Source of the DNA: Clostridia bacterium
GTDB taxonomy: Bacteria > Bacillota > Clostridia > JAAYHZ01
Assembly: GCA_050950825.1 (NCBI GenBank)
Contig: JBMNIH010000010.1
Coordinates: forward strand, 96,001 to 160,000
Reading direction: 5' to 3'
DNA length: 64,000 nt
Below the pieces are notes generated by a model. The model saw nothing but the letters and a program-made list of their open reading frames with translations, made no database searches and was not told where the DNA came from. The position numbers and the translations under genes are program-made. Below, piece by piece: positions 46,535 through 58,177 of this stretch (the stretch's first letter is position 1; the number at the start of each line of letters is the position of its first letter).

Positions 46535-47558
46535 TTTTTCTGATCTTCCTCCTTCTGTTCGATTTCTATCCCTTTCCCCTCGATAATATTCTCTTTCTTT
46601 TGACTCATTTTTTTCTCAATTACTTTACCCTTTGCTTCCGCTTGCTTTTGTTCCATTTTATAATTCACAAACAGCTGTTGAACGATTTGGAGTACGTAAG
46701 TGGATATCCAGTATAAACCCATGCCTGCAGGCAATATGAACGAAAAGTACAATGTCATTATCGGGCCCATCCATTTTAAGGAATTCTGCATATTGTCCGC
46801 ACCGTCTTTCGAACCGGCGGTATCGGCTTTTTTCTGCGTAGCTCCCAATTGTATGCGTTGGGAATAAAAAGTCAAAACCGTAGCAACGATCGGGATGATC
46901 AGCAGCGGCAAATACGTGCCCATTTCGGGACCGAATAACATGGATGTGTTTAAGACGGGTTTTTTACCTAAGTTCAATCCCAAGAAATTCATATTCAAAA
47001 CTTCGTTCGGACTGAGAAGATCGCTGACTTTACTTAAATCTCCCGGATTTTTTGAGAAAAACTCAATAATACCGATTTCATTGGAATAATCCGTAGTCGA
47101 AATATTCGCAAAATTCGCCAATTTTCCGATGGTCTCGGTCGCTTTGGTGACCGCCTCTTTTCCCGGTATTCCTGCGGCAATGTATTCGGGTATTTTGTAC
47201 ATATACGTGAGGGGCTTAATCAAAACCCGATAAAGTGCAATCAAAATCGGAAATTGAATCAATAAAGGCAAACATCCTGAAGCCGGATTATAATTATGCT
47301 TTTGATAAAGCTTCATCATTTCTTCGTTTAACTTTTCTTTGTTGTTAGCATACATTTTCTGCAGCTTCTGCAATTCGGGCTGCAGTTCTTGCATTTTCGA
47401 TGTGGATTTCATCTGCTTCATCGTCAAAGGCAGCAACAAAAGCTTGGTCAAAATCGTAAAAATGATGATGGCCAATCCGTAATTCTCAAAAGCCAAATAC
47501 TCGTATATAAATCTTAAAAGTGCTCCTAACCGGTTAATATTCCATTCCAAATTCCCAT
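46531..47558 (-). CDS. yidC: membrane protein insertase YidC/SpoIIIJ (true start ATG 47558 with a probable 1-nt deletion near 47528)
   Basis: YGLAIIIFT, QPE, GCLPLLIQFPIL, LYW; SD AAAGGA precedes ATG GGA ATT TGG.., which joins the main frame if GGTTAGGA is really GGTTTAGGA. Confidence 0.9.
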
Positions 47559-47569
47559 ACTGTTCCTTT

Positions 47570-47779
47570 CTACTTGACAGGATCATACCCTCCGGGATGA
47601 AAGGGGTGACATTTCAATATTCTTTTGATAGATAGGAAAACACCTTTAAAAACACCGTATTTCGATATGGCCTCAAGGGCATATTGTGAACAAGTAGGGA
47701 TAAATCTGCAAGACGGCTTTTTTAAAGGCGATATATACTGCTGATAGAACTTTATACTTGCGATGAAAAATTCTTTCAA
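47570..47779 (-). CDS. yidD: membrane protein insertion efficiency factor
   Basis: [31 protein letters not shown]. Confidence 0.95.
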   Translation of the reverse strand: MKEFFIASIKFYQQYISPLKKPSCRFIPTCSQYALEAISKYGVFKGVFLSIKRILKCHPFHPGGYDPVK

Positions 47780-48126
47780 TCAACTTTCTCCATGTCAAAT
47801 AAATTACCTTTTTTTAATAAATACCTCATTTCCCTTTTTATATCCCAAAACCCGGGAAGGTCGTCGCTCTTTCTAACCATAAACACCAAGTCGTATCCAA
47901 TCGGAATTTTGTCTTCCATCAAACGATAGTTTTCCTTCACAATTCGCTTCATTCTGTTGCGAACAACGCTCTTGCCAATCTTCTTCCCGGTAGAGATACC
48001 CAATCTGTTAAAATCAAAAGTGTTTTTTAAATAATATAATACAAGATATTTGCCGGTACAAAATTGTCCTTTGCTATATACTCTCTGAAACTCATAATTT
48101 TTTTGCAGAGAACGAGTATTTTTCAT
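47776..48126 (-). CDS. rnpA: ribonuclease P protein component
   Basis: [25 protein letters not shown]. Confidence 0.95.
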   Translation of the reverse strand: MKNTRSLQKNYEFQRVYSKGQFCTGKYLVLYYLKNTFDFNRLGISTGKKIGKSVVRNRMKRIVKENYRLMEDKIPIGYDLVFMVRKSDDLPGFWDIKREMRYLLKKGNLFDMEKVD

Positions 48127-48156
48127 TTCAAATTGATTCCTCTTATGATCTCGTTC

Positions 48157-48291
48157 TTATGCCGAAAGCTCTTTTCTTCCCTTTTGTCTTCTTCTTCTCA
48201 ACACCTTTCTTCCGCTGGCGGTCTTCATTCTCTTTCTAAATCCGTGTTCTTTTTTTCTCTGCCTTTTTTTAGGTTGAAATGTTCTCTTCAA
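48157..48291 (-). CDS. rpmH: 50S ribosomal protein L34 (below the ORF-track length cutoff)
   Basis: Manual translation [44 protein letters not shown]; TTG start after AAGGAGG. Confidence 0.97.
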   Translation of the reverse strand: MKRTFQPKKRQRKKEHGFRKRMKTASGRKVLRRRRQKGRKELSA

Positions 48292-48402
48292 GGTAGCACC
48301 TCCTTAATAAATAAATATTTAATATAACAAAAGGCCCTCTTATTGCCCTTTTTTCAAACTTTTGATCGACAAAATTCCGCCGGTATCCCGACAGCATTAC
48401 AT

Positions 48403-48431
48403 ATTATAACGAATACCCTGCATAGTGTCAA
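48403..48431 (-). promoter_or_regulatory. sigmaA promoter of the rpmH operon
   Basis: Perfect TTGACA-17 bp-TATAAT. Confidence 0.8.
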
Positions 48432-48579
48432 ACAAATTCGTTTACGAAAAAGATAAATCAATTCTACCGGCAGAAATATTTTATTTCAATCCTTTCCCGA
48501 CGTAAAAACAAGGAAATGAAAAATATACCACAAATATGATCCCATTAACATTATGCCTTATTTTCTCAAAAAATATAAT

Positions 48580-48900
48580 GAAGGTTATCAACAATTTTAT
48601 GTGAACATGTGGATGGTTTTTCCGGGGATAAAATTCGACCGGTATCAAAAAGATATCCGATTGTGCAAAATGTGAATAACCGAAACAAATACTTCACATA
48701 ATCATACAGAGTTAAAATATGCATTACCAAAGGCTTGCAATAAGTTATCCACATTATCGACACCCTTATGATGATGCTAATTACTATTTATATTCTAATA
48801 AAAGAAAAAAAATGCCCGTCCTTTAGATACTTTACACAAAGAATTACGTATCCGAAAGTCTGCCGATAAAAATGAAACCGAAAGTTATCTACATATAGCA
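48580..48900. other. replication origin oriC (DnaA boxes, DnaA-trios, AT-rich DUE)
   Basis: Boxes at 48585, 48671, 48745 (perfect) and 48754, plus one at about 48885; tandem boxes followed by CC-CTT ATG ATG ATG CTA ATT triplets and an AT-rich tract; coding-strand switch. Confidence 0.82.
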
Positions 48901-49040
48901 ATGCCCGAATTTTTTAAATACCATATGTAGACTTCTGCCTACCCTAATAAAATTATGCAATTTTGCGAATTGAATAGAGATCGGATATTTGTTATCATAC
49001 GATATACGACTTGAACAATAGTTATGCTAGGGAGGGGCAA

Positions 49041-50400
49041 ATGTATTACGATAAGGGAAATATTGAAGAATTTAGAAATGTGTGGCAAACAAAAACGTTG
49101 CCGGCTATCAAAGAAAGCATCATTTCTGAGCTCAGCTTCAATACATATATAAAGACAGCCAACCCGGTGTATATGAACAATAATGAAATAGTTTTTGAAG
49201 TCTCGAATGAGTTTATAAAGGGATCATTTACAAAAATTTTATGACTTAATTAAAAATGCCGTTGATTTGTCCGATTACAAAAATTACAAGCTGACATTTT
49301 GCTTAAAAGACGAGCTGACCAATCATATGGCGGAATCTCGGCAAGAAGATTCGGATGATTGGGGAGCCTCAGTCTATGCTCAATCCGAAATATACCTTCG
49401 ATAAGTTCGTCGTAGGACGAGCAACGACTTGGCATATGCCGCTTCCGTAGCCGTTTCTCAGCAGCCCGGAAAAGCGTACAATCCTTTTTTTATGTACGGA
49501 GGTTCCGGTTTAGGTAAAACGCATCTGATGCAAGCCATCGGACATGAAATACTCAGTAGAGATGCAAAAGCGAAAGTTCTGTACATCAATTCCGAAACTT
49601 TTGCTAACGAATATATCAACTCGTTGCCGGACAGAACCATCGACAAGTTTATACGGAAATACCGCAGCATCGATGTATTGATGATTGACGATATCCAATT
49701 TTTAGCCGGAAAGGAGCGTACACAGGAAGCTTTTTTCCATACATTTAATCATTTGTATAATTTAAACAAGCAAATCGTCATCTCCAGCGACAAACCCCCG
49801 AAAGATTTGAATCCTTTAGAAGAACGCTTAAGGACAAGGTTCGAACAGGGTCTGATCGCGGACATACAAAAACCGGATTTGGAGATTCGAATCGCTATTC
49901 TTCGACAAAAATCGGAACAGGAGAATTTGAATTTAGACGACGAAATTATTTATTTGCTTGCAAATAACATCCAATCCAACATAAGGGATTTGGAAGGCGC
50001 GCTGACGAAGCTGGTTGCGTTGTCAACGCTGACCAATTCCGTGATTACAAAGGAGTTTACGTTGGAAGCCTTAAAAGAGTTTATCACCAATGCAAAAAAG
50101 GTGGATATCAACGAAACTACCATTCTGGATGCCATATCCCGTTATTTTGACGTGGACAAAAAGAGTCTCTTGTCGAAAAAAAGAACGAGAGACGTTGCTT
50201 ATCCGCGGCAATTGGCCATGTATCTATGCAAGCAGTATACGGATGCTTCGCTGGCTGCCATCGGTAATTTCTTTGGCGGAAGAGACCATACTACGGTTAT
50301 GCATGCCGTAGAGAAAATTCGGAGCGATCTGGAAACCAATTTGGAAACGAAAAAAGCGGTCCGTGATATTCTGGAGGACTTTAATATCAAGCCCGAATAA
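49041..50400 (+). CDS. dnaA: chromosomal replication initiator DnaA (5' part broken by several 1-nt indels, likely sequencing errors)
   Basis: N-domain SFNTYIK; LNPKYTFDKFVVG recoverable in an alternate frame; YNPFFMYGGSGLGKTHL, IDDIQF, RQLAMY, GGRDHTTVMHA. Confidence 0.93.
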
Positions 50401-50410
50401 AAGTGGAAGG

Positions 50411-50439
50411 TTGAAAAGAAGTCCTTTTCACGGTACAAT
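50411..50439 (+). promoter_or_regulatory. sigmaA-type promoter of dnaN
   Basis: TTGAAA-17 bp-TACAAT in the 58-bp dnaA-dnaN gap. Confidence 0.6.
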
Positions 50440-50458
50440 GATTACGGAAGGTGATGGA

Positions 50459-51556
50459 ATGAAATTCAAATGCGAATGTACCGTTTTGCAAAAAGCGATT
50501 CAAGTTGTACAAAGAGCGGCGGCAGTCAAAACGACACTGTCGGTTTTGGAATGCGTAAAAATAGAAGCAAAAGAAGATTGTGTTATCCTGGAAGCCAACA
50601 ACCTGGAAATGGCCATCGAATATCGCTTGCCGGCGGAAATTGAAGAAACCGGTCTCGTTTTGGTCAACGTGAGGATTTTCAGTGAAATCATAAGAAAACT
50701 GTCCATGGGTACCGTGAGTATAAGAAGCAAAAACAACACCGTGGAGATTTCATGCCAAAACAGCCTTTTTAACATTAAAGGCTTGCTGTCGGACGCTTTT
50801 CCGGAAATACCGAAAGTCGAAGAGTCCGAATGCTTTGAAATTGAACAGGACAAGCTGGGAAAATTGATTAAAAGCACGATTTTTTCCGTCAGCCAAGAAA
50901 CGACGCGAACGATTTTAACCGGGCTGTATATGGAGGTCAAGAACGGTTATGTTACGACGGTAGGAATCGACAGTTACCGAATGGCGGTAAGAAAAGAAGT
51001 AGTGGACGAAAAATACAAAGAATTCAGTGCCGTGGTTCCCGGAAAGACCATGACGGAATTGAGTCGTATATTGGAAAACGCAGACGAGAAGGTAAAAATC
51101 TATATCGGCCGAAAACAAGTTCAATTCTTATTTAAAAATTTTAAATTGGTTTCACGATTACTGGAAGGAGAATTTTTGGATTATAGAGGGATTATCCCGA
51201 GAGAATTCGGTACGACGATAAAACTGAATAAAACGAACTTTCAAGATTCCATCGAAAGAACGTTAATCGTTATACCCAGCGAAGATAAGAAGTATCCCAT
51301 CGATATATCCACCGAAGACAGCACGCTGAACATTGCAATCAGCACGCACCTCGGAGATGTCCATGAAACGCTGCCGGTCGATGTTATAGGAGAGAATATT
51401 GACGTTGCTTTTAACCCGGTATTTTTTGCCGATTGCCTAAGAGTGATGGAAGACGAAGAAATTTTGTTTAAGTGCAACACGGAAGTCGGTCCGTGTATCC
51501 TGTCGCCGGTTGAAGGAGATGACTATATATATCTGATCGGAGCCGTAAGGAAATAA
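50459..51556 (+). CDS. dnaN: DNA polymerase III beta clamp
   Basis: LEANNLE, DSYRMA, VPGKT, SRLLEGEFLDY, IAFNP-like; ATG 50459. Confidence 0.95.
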   Translation: MKFKCECTVLQKAIQVVQRAAAVKTTLSVLECVKIEAKEDCVILEANNLEMAIEYRLPAEIEETGLVLVNVRIFSEIIRKLSMGTVSIRSKNNTVEISCQNSLFNIKGLLSDAFPEIPKVEESECFEIEQDKLGKLIKSTIFSVSQETTRTILTGLYMEVKNGYVTTVGIDSYRMAVRKEVVDEKYKEFSAVVPGKTMTELSRILENADEKVKIYIGRKQVQFLFKNFKLVSRLLEGEFLDYRGIIPREFGTTIKLNKTNFQDSIERTLIVIPSEDKKYPIDISTEDSTLNIAISTHLGDVHETLPVDVIGENIDVAFNPVFFADCLRVMEDEEILFKCNTEVGPCILSPVEGDDYIYLIGAVRK

Positions 51557-51583
51557 CCCTTTATATGCAAAACGGTGAAATAG

Positions 51584-52687
51584 TTGATAGTTAAATCTCT
51601 GACATTAACGAACTTTAGAAATTACGTTCAACAGACCGTCGAGTTCGACAACGGAATAAACATCATACATGGAAAAAACGGACAAGGGAAAACAAATATT
51701 CTCGAGTCCATTTTCATGTGCTCGGCGGCGAAGTCTCCGAGAACGTCTAACTTTAAGGAAATGGTTAACATGGATACCAATGACGATTTTTTTGTTATTT
51801 CCATGGACTATTCCTTCCGCGACATGGACAGCAACATAAAAATTAAATATGACAACAGAGGAAAGACCTTTATCTACAACGACATCGTTTTGGATAAGGT
51901 AGGCGAATTGATGACAAGGTTCCTTTCGATTCTATTTACGCCGGAGGATCTTTATATCATCAAAGGCGGGCCGGAGTGCAGACGTAGATTTTTGGATATG
52001 TTCATCTGTCAAGTCGACAAAGGATATTTCTATTTGTTGCAAAAGTACAATCGATTGTTGAAGCAAAAAAGTTCTTGTTTAAAAGCGGATGCGGATTCTT
52101 CGGAAAAAGAGACCTATATCCATGTACTGAACGACTATATGGCGGATATCGGAAGCAAAGTGATTGACAAGCGATTGTCCGTATTACGGGAAATGAAAGA
52201 AAAAACGTACGCTATTCATAAAAATATTTCCAACGGCCTGGAGGAAATCGATTTAAATTACGTTTTCTCGGGTAAAAAGATTGATGATCATAATGTAAAG
52301 GAAACGATGAAGCAAAAGCTGGACGAATCGTTGGAAAAAGAATTATTGCGAAAAGTATGTTTGGTAGGTCCGCACCGAGACGATATTGAAATACGGATCA
52401 ATGAAAAAGATGCAAGAACATTCGGTTCCCAAGGCCAAATCCGAACAGCCGCCTTATCATTAAAATTGTGCCAAGCCGATATTATGGAGAAAAAATGCGG
52501 TGAAAAACCGGTGGTTTTATTAGATGACGTTTTATCCGAATTGGATATCGGCAGACAAAGAGCCATTGTCGAAAAGTTTCAAAAAAACCAAATCATCATT
52601 ACTTGTACCGACAAAGAAAAAATTTTGGAAAACAATAACGGCAGCATCCGCTATATATTTGTGCAAAAGGGTAAAATTATAGTATAA
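51584..52687 (+). CDS. recF: DNA replication/repair protein RecF
   Basis: NFRNY, GKNGQGKTNILE, GGPECRRRFLD, GPHRDD, GSQGQ, LLDDVLSELD. Confidence 0.95.
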   Translation: MIVKSLTLTNFRNYVQQTVEFDNGINIIHGKNGQGKTNILESIFMCSAAKSPRTSNFKEMVNMDTNDDFFVISMDYSFRDMDSNIKIKYDNRGKTFIYNDIVLDKVGELMTRFLSILFTPEDLYIIKGGPECRRRFLDMFICQVDKGYFYLLQKYNRLLKQKSSCLKADADSSEKETYIHVLNDYMADIGSKVIDKRLSVLREMKEKTYAIHKNISNGLEEIDLNYVFSGKKIDDHNVKETMKQKLDESLEKELLRKVCLVGPHRDDIEIRINEKDARTFGSQGQIRTAALSLKLCQADIMEKKCGEKPVVLLDDVLSELDIGRQRAIVEKFQKNQIIITCTDKEKILENNNGSIRYIFVQKGKIIV

Positions 52688-52753
52688 TATATCTGTTGTA
52701 GATATAGAAGATAAAAAGGAAAATTTTTTATCCATTGGAAAGAGGGAAATACG

Positions 52754-54969
<2,216 letters not shown>

Positions 54970-54970
54970 C

Positions 54971-54995
54971 AAAGAGGCTCGAAAGAGCCTTTTTT
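54971..54995 (+). terminator. terminator after gyrB
   Basis: AGGCTC-GAAA-GAGCCT followed by a T-run. Confidence 0.85.
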
Positions 54996-55010
54996 GTTGC
55001 TTATAAAAAA

Positions 55011-55026
55011 TGTTTCACGTGAAACA
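55011..55026. promoter_or_regulatory. parS site 1
   Basis: Perfect palindrome TGTTTCACGTGAAACA. Confidence 0.93.
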
Positions 55027-55046
55027 TTACACATTGAAAACAGCTT

Positions 55047-55108
55047 TGCATATTTCCATATCTCTTATTCATTTGAAACGAGTTACAAAACTATGATATA
55101 ATCAATAC
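55047..55108 (+). repeat. 62-bp direct repeat, left copy (duplicated soj promoter)
   Basis: Identical to 57276-57337; contains TTGAAA..TGATATAAT. Confidence 0.92.
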
Positions 55109-57136
55109 CTTAACTTTAACAGTTACGGAATATAAAAAACCTTTGTAATCCTTGAGAAATGCGGCTTACGAAGGTTCTTTTGATTTCAGAAGATTGTTGT
55201 ACATTTTTCTTAGTTATCTTTTAGTGTCGGCAATAAGTTGACGTATTGCTCCGGGTTTAAGAAAACGTCGATTAAGTACAAGATTCAAGGCATTACCGAT
55301 ATCCTTTAGAAGGGGATCATAATAAGCTACTCGGTATACGTTATCCTTAACTAAACAAGCCTGATATTTTCTCAAAGACTTAATTATCTGTTCGGGAGCG
55401 TACTCCTTAATCAAACGCTTTGCCAAGAGTCTTAAAATCAGCAATGCAATGAAGCACGTAAGAAAATGTCCTTCTATCCTTTGTTTCAATGTAACATAAA
55501 CGGGACGGGTTTCAAGATCGCTTTTGGTAATTCGAAAACTATGTTCAATTTCCCAAAGCTCATGATATCTCTTGGCGACTTCGTGATCCGGCATATTGAT
55601 TTCGCTTGTAATAATTACATAATAACCGTCGTACTTTTCGTCTTCCATGATTTTTTCCGTATCCAAATAAGGAATACGTTTCGTATTGATGCATTCGCCG
55701 GTTTCGGAATCGTATTCGATATTTTTAATATAACGCAATGCGCTTTGAGCATCTTGTTTTGTATAGCGTTTGGGATTCGCTATGATTTTTTGGGCCTTTT
55801 CAATCAGTTCGGCCCGCTTATGCTTCCGGTGTCCGGCATATAGTTCGTTGTAACATACAATCTGTTTAACATCTATTGGAATCGGGCGTTTCTTGCCGTC
55901 CGCATGGGTAACCCGAAATTCCTGCGGATACGGTCTGGATTTTAAGCGGAAAACGGGTTCTCGTTTTTCCGTTTTTTCATCCCACAGATCCGCCGACTTT
56001 ACCACTCCTTTTTTCTCCACATAACCCGAAGGGTCAAATACAAAAGACTGTAGTTCCTTATTGGCTCCTCGTATTTTTTGCGAGAAGATGAAACCGTCTT
56101 TTTCAGCCGTTAAAAATGCCACGTTATCACCGCAATTTAACGCTTTATCCGCAACAACGATAATTCTTCCCAATCCGTATTCTTCCCGTACCTTCTCAAT
56201 AATTGGCATCATTGTTTGACTGTCATGGGTATTTCCTTCGAAGAGACGATATGTAATGGGAATCGCATCCGAATCCAGCAATAAACCCATTTGTACCAAA
56301 GGGTTACCGGTATTATCTTTGCAATAACCTTTCTTACGAAACTTGTCTTCTTCGTCAATCTCAAAATAGTAATTGGTAACGTCATAAAAAGTTATGTCGG
56401 TCTTGCGATTGTAATGGATTCTTACCTGCTCATGGAGATGAAGAAGAAGGTCTTCTCGAAAATCGGAAAAGTAATCCAATGCCCGATATACGTCATACCA
56501 ATCGCAATTGAAAGGTCTTGCTATTCTTTCTTTCTCTTGAAAACTCGCTATTTTTGATCCCGGTGCGAGTATGCGTGTGTAGACCAAAAGTTGCATGACA
56601 TCGTTTAGGGAATAGTCCATAGATTTAGTGCGCTGACGGTTAATCAAGAATTGATCAATTTTGAGTTCATGATAAATTCGGCTTAAAGGCAGAAATCCCA
56701 AATGGTACATGGCATCTTCGTTCTCATCCATTACTTCATTTGTACTTACATACCCTAAATAGACATCTTCTTCGGCTTCTTGCTTTTTCTTCTCCAAAGT
56801 ACGTAAACGTGCTACTTCTTTAAAGTGAGCAATCGGATCTTCAAAACGATCCAAATATTCGTCAACGTAACCTAAATTTTCGATTACATTATGCTTTACA
56901 TTCTTTGTTTTCGGATCTCTATAACCTTCGACAAAACTCAAATTCATACGACCGATTTTTTGCGGAGTAACTTTCAGGTACATGACCGTCCTCCAAAACT
57001 CTATATCATTAACAAATTGGATCATAATACGCAGCAATAGTCAGCAATTTTGATTTGACATAAAAAAAGCGATCTAACAGCGTCATATCAATGGTTTTCA
57101 TAATCTTTTTAGGACTAGTTAACTGTTAAACTCGCG
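55109..57136 (-). mobile_element. IS1634-family insertion sequence
   Basis: Imperfect terminal IRs CTTAACTTTAACAGTT / CGCGAGTTTAACAGTT; single transposase; long flanking direct repeat. Confidence 0.85.
55214..56983 (-). CDS. IS1634-family DDE transposase
   Basis: FYDVTNYYFE, VQMGLLLD..IPI.Y..FEGN, VVADK, DGYY, YHELWEIEHSFR..KS.L..RP, HFLTCFIAL; ATG 56983 after GGAGG. Confidence 0.92.
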   Translation of the reverse strand: MYLKVTPQKIGRMNLSFVEGYRDPKTKNVKHNVIENLGYVDEYLDRFEDPIAHFKEVARLRTLEKKKQEAEEDVYLGYVSTNEVMDENEDAMYHLGFLPLSRIYHELKIDQFLINRQRTKSMDYSLNDVMQLLVYTRILAPGSKIASFQEKERIARPFNCDWYDVYRALDYFSDFREDLLLHLHEQVRIHYNRKTDITFYDVTNYYFEIDEEDKFRKKGYCKDNTGNPLVQMGLLLDSDAIPITYRLFEGNTHDSQTMMPIIEKVREEYGLGRIIVVADKALNCGDNVAFLTAEKDGFIFSQKIRGANKELQSFVFDPSGYVEKKGVVKSADLWDEKTEKREPVFRLKSRPYPQEFRVTHADGKKRPIPIDVKQIVCYNELYAGHRKHKRAELIEKAQKIIANPKRYTKQDAQSALRYIKNIEYDSETGECINTKRIPYLDTEKIMEDEKYDGYYVIITSEINMPDHEVAKRYHELWEIEHSFRITKSDLETRPVYVTLKQRIEGHFLTCFIALLILRLLAKRLIKEYAPEQIIKSLRKYQACLVKDNVYRVAYYDPLLKDIGNALNLVLNRRFLKPGAIRQLIADTKR

Positions 57137-57138
57137 CA

Positions 57139-57154
57139 TGTTTCACGTGAAACA
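57139..57154. promoter_or_regulatory. parS site 2
   Basis: Perfect palindrome TGTTTCACGTGAAACA. Confidence 0.93.
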
Positions 57155-57256
57155 TATCAAGCAATCCAAAAAGAATTTTTTGGTAAATATAATTTCTCTT
57201 TTGATTCTATGTTTCAAAAATGCCCTTCAACGTTTATCAATAAAGAAGAATAAAAA

Positions 57257-57272
57257 TGTTTCACGTGAAACA
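57257..57272. promoter_or_regulatory. parS site 3
   Basis: Perfect palindrome TGTTTCACGTGAAACA. Confidence 0.93.
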
Positions 57273-57275
57273 TAA

Positions 57276-57337
57276 TGCATATTTCCATATCTCTTATTCA
57301 TTTGAAACGAGTTACAAAACTATGATATAATCAATAC
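57276..57337 (+). repeat. 62-bp direct repeat, right copy; native soj-spo0J promoter
   Basis: Identical to 55047-55108; TTGAAA-18 bp-TATAAT with extended TG. Confidence 0.9.
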
Positions 57338-57406
57338 AAGTATTAAGTGAGTTCAGTTAAGTGTGGTTATTCTAACCCGGTTTCTAAAGTACGTACGGAG
57401 GGCAAA

Positions 57407-58177
57407 ATGTCGAAAATTATTGCTATCGCAAATCAAAAAGGTGGGGTAGGTAAAACAACTACCGCTGTAAATCTTAGTGCATGCTTGGCAATGCACAAAA
57501 AGAAAGTGTTGTTGCTGGACAATGACCCTCAAGGAAATTCCACATCGGGTTTCGGTATCAACAAAGATCAATTAAAGCATTCCGTTTACGATGTTTTAAT
57601 AAATGAAGTACCTATCGACGATTGCATTGTTGATTCCATGATTGAAACCTTAAAAGTATGTCCTTCCAATATTCAACTGGCCGGTGCAGAAGTAGAGTTG
57701 GTATCTCTCATATCCCGTGAAACAAGATTGAAAATGGCTTTGGATGAAATGAATTCCGAATTCGATTATGTCATTATCGATTGTCCGCCTTCTTTGGGGA
57801 TGCTGACGTTAAATGCACTGACGGCAGCCGATACGGTTCTTGTGCCGATCCAATGCGAATATTACGCTTTGGAAGGCTTAAGCCAATTGGTCGAAACCAT
57901 TCGAATCGTACGGAAACACTTGAATAAGAACCTGGAGGTTGAAGGTGTTGTTTTGACCATGTTCGATGCAAGAACGAACCTATCCATTCAAGTAGTGGAA
58001 GACGTGAAGAAATATTTTAAGAACAAGGTGTATCGTACAATCATACCGAGAAACGTGAAGTTAAGCGAAGCACCGAGCCACGGTTTGCCTATTATACTTT
58101 ACGAACCGAATTCAAAGGGTGCGGAAAGCTATATGGAGTTAGCGGAAGAAGTGATAGAAGCGGAGGAAGATAAATGA
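57407..58177 (+). CDS. soj: ParA-family ATPase Soj
   Basis: IANQKGGVGKTTT, DPQGN, IDCPPSLG, PIQCEYYALEG, IPRNVKLSEAPSHG. Confidence 0.96.
   Translation: MSKIIAIANQKGGVGKTTTAVNLSACLAMHKKKVLLLDNDPQGNSTSGFGINKDQLKHSVYDVLINEVPIDDCIVDSMIETLKVCPSNIQLAGAEVELVSLISRETRLKMALDEMNSEFDYVIIDCPPSLGMLTLNALTAADTVLVPIQCEYYALEGLSQLVETIRIVRKHLNKNLEVEGVVLTMFDARTNLSIQVVEDVKKYFKNKVYRTIIPRNVKLSEAPSHGLPIILYEPNSKGAESYMELAEEVIEAEEDK

Noticed and set aside
49011-49435. Programmed frameshifting or a split dnaA
   Set aside because: Several scattered indels without slippery-site or structure signals, plus a similar error in nearby yidC, are better explained by consensus error.
55011-57272. Repeated TGTTTCACGTGAAACA as a possible CRISPR repeat (GTTTC..GAAAC-like)
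   Set aside because: The unit is only 16 bp, irregularly spaced, has no cas genes nearby, and is an exact parS consensus beside soj-spo0J.
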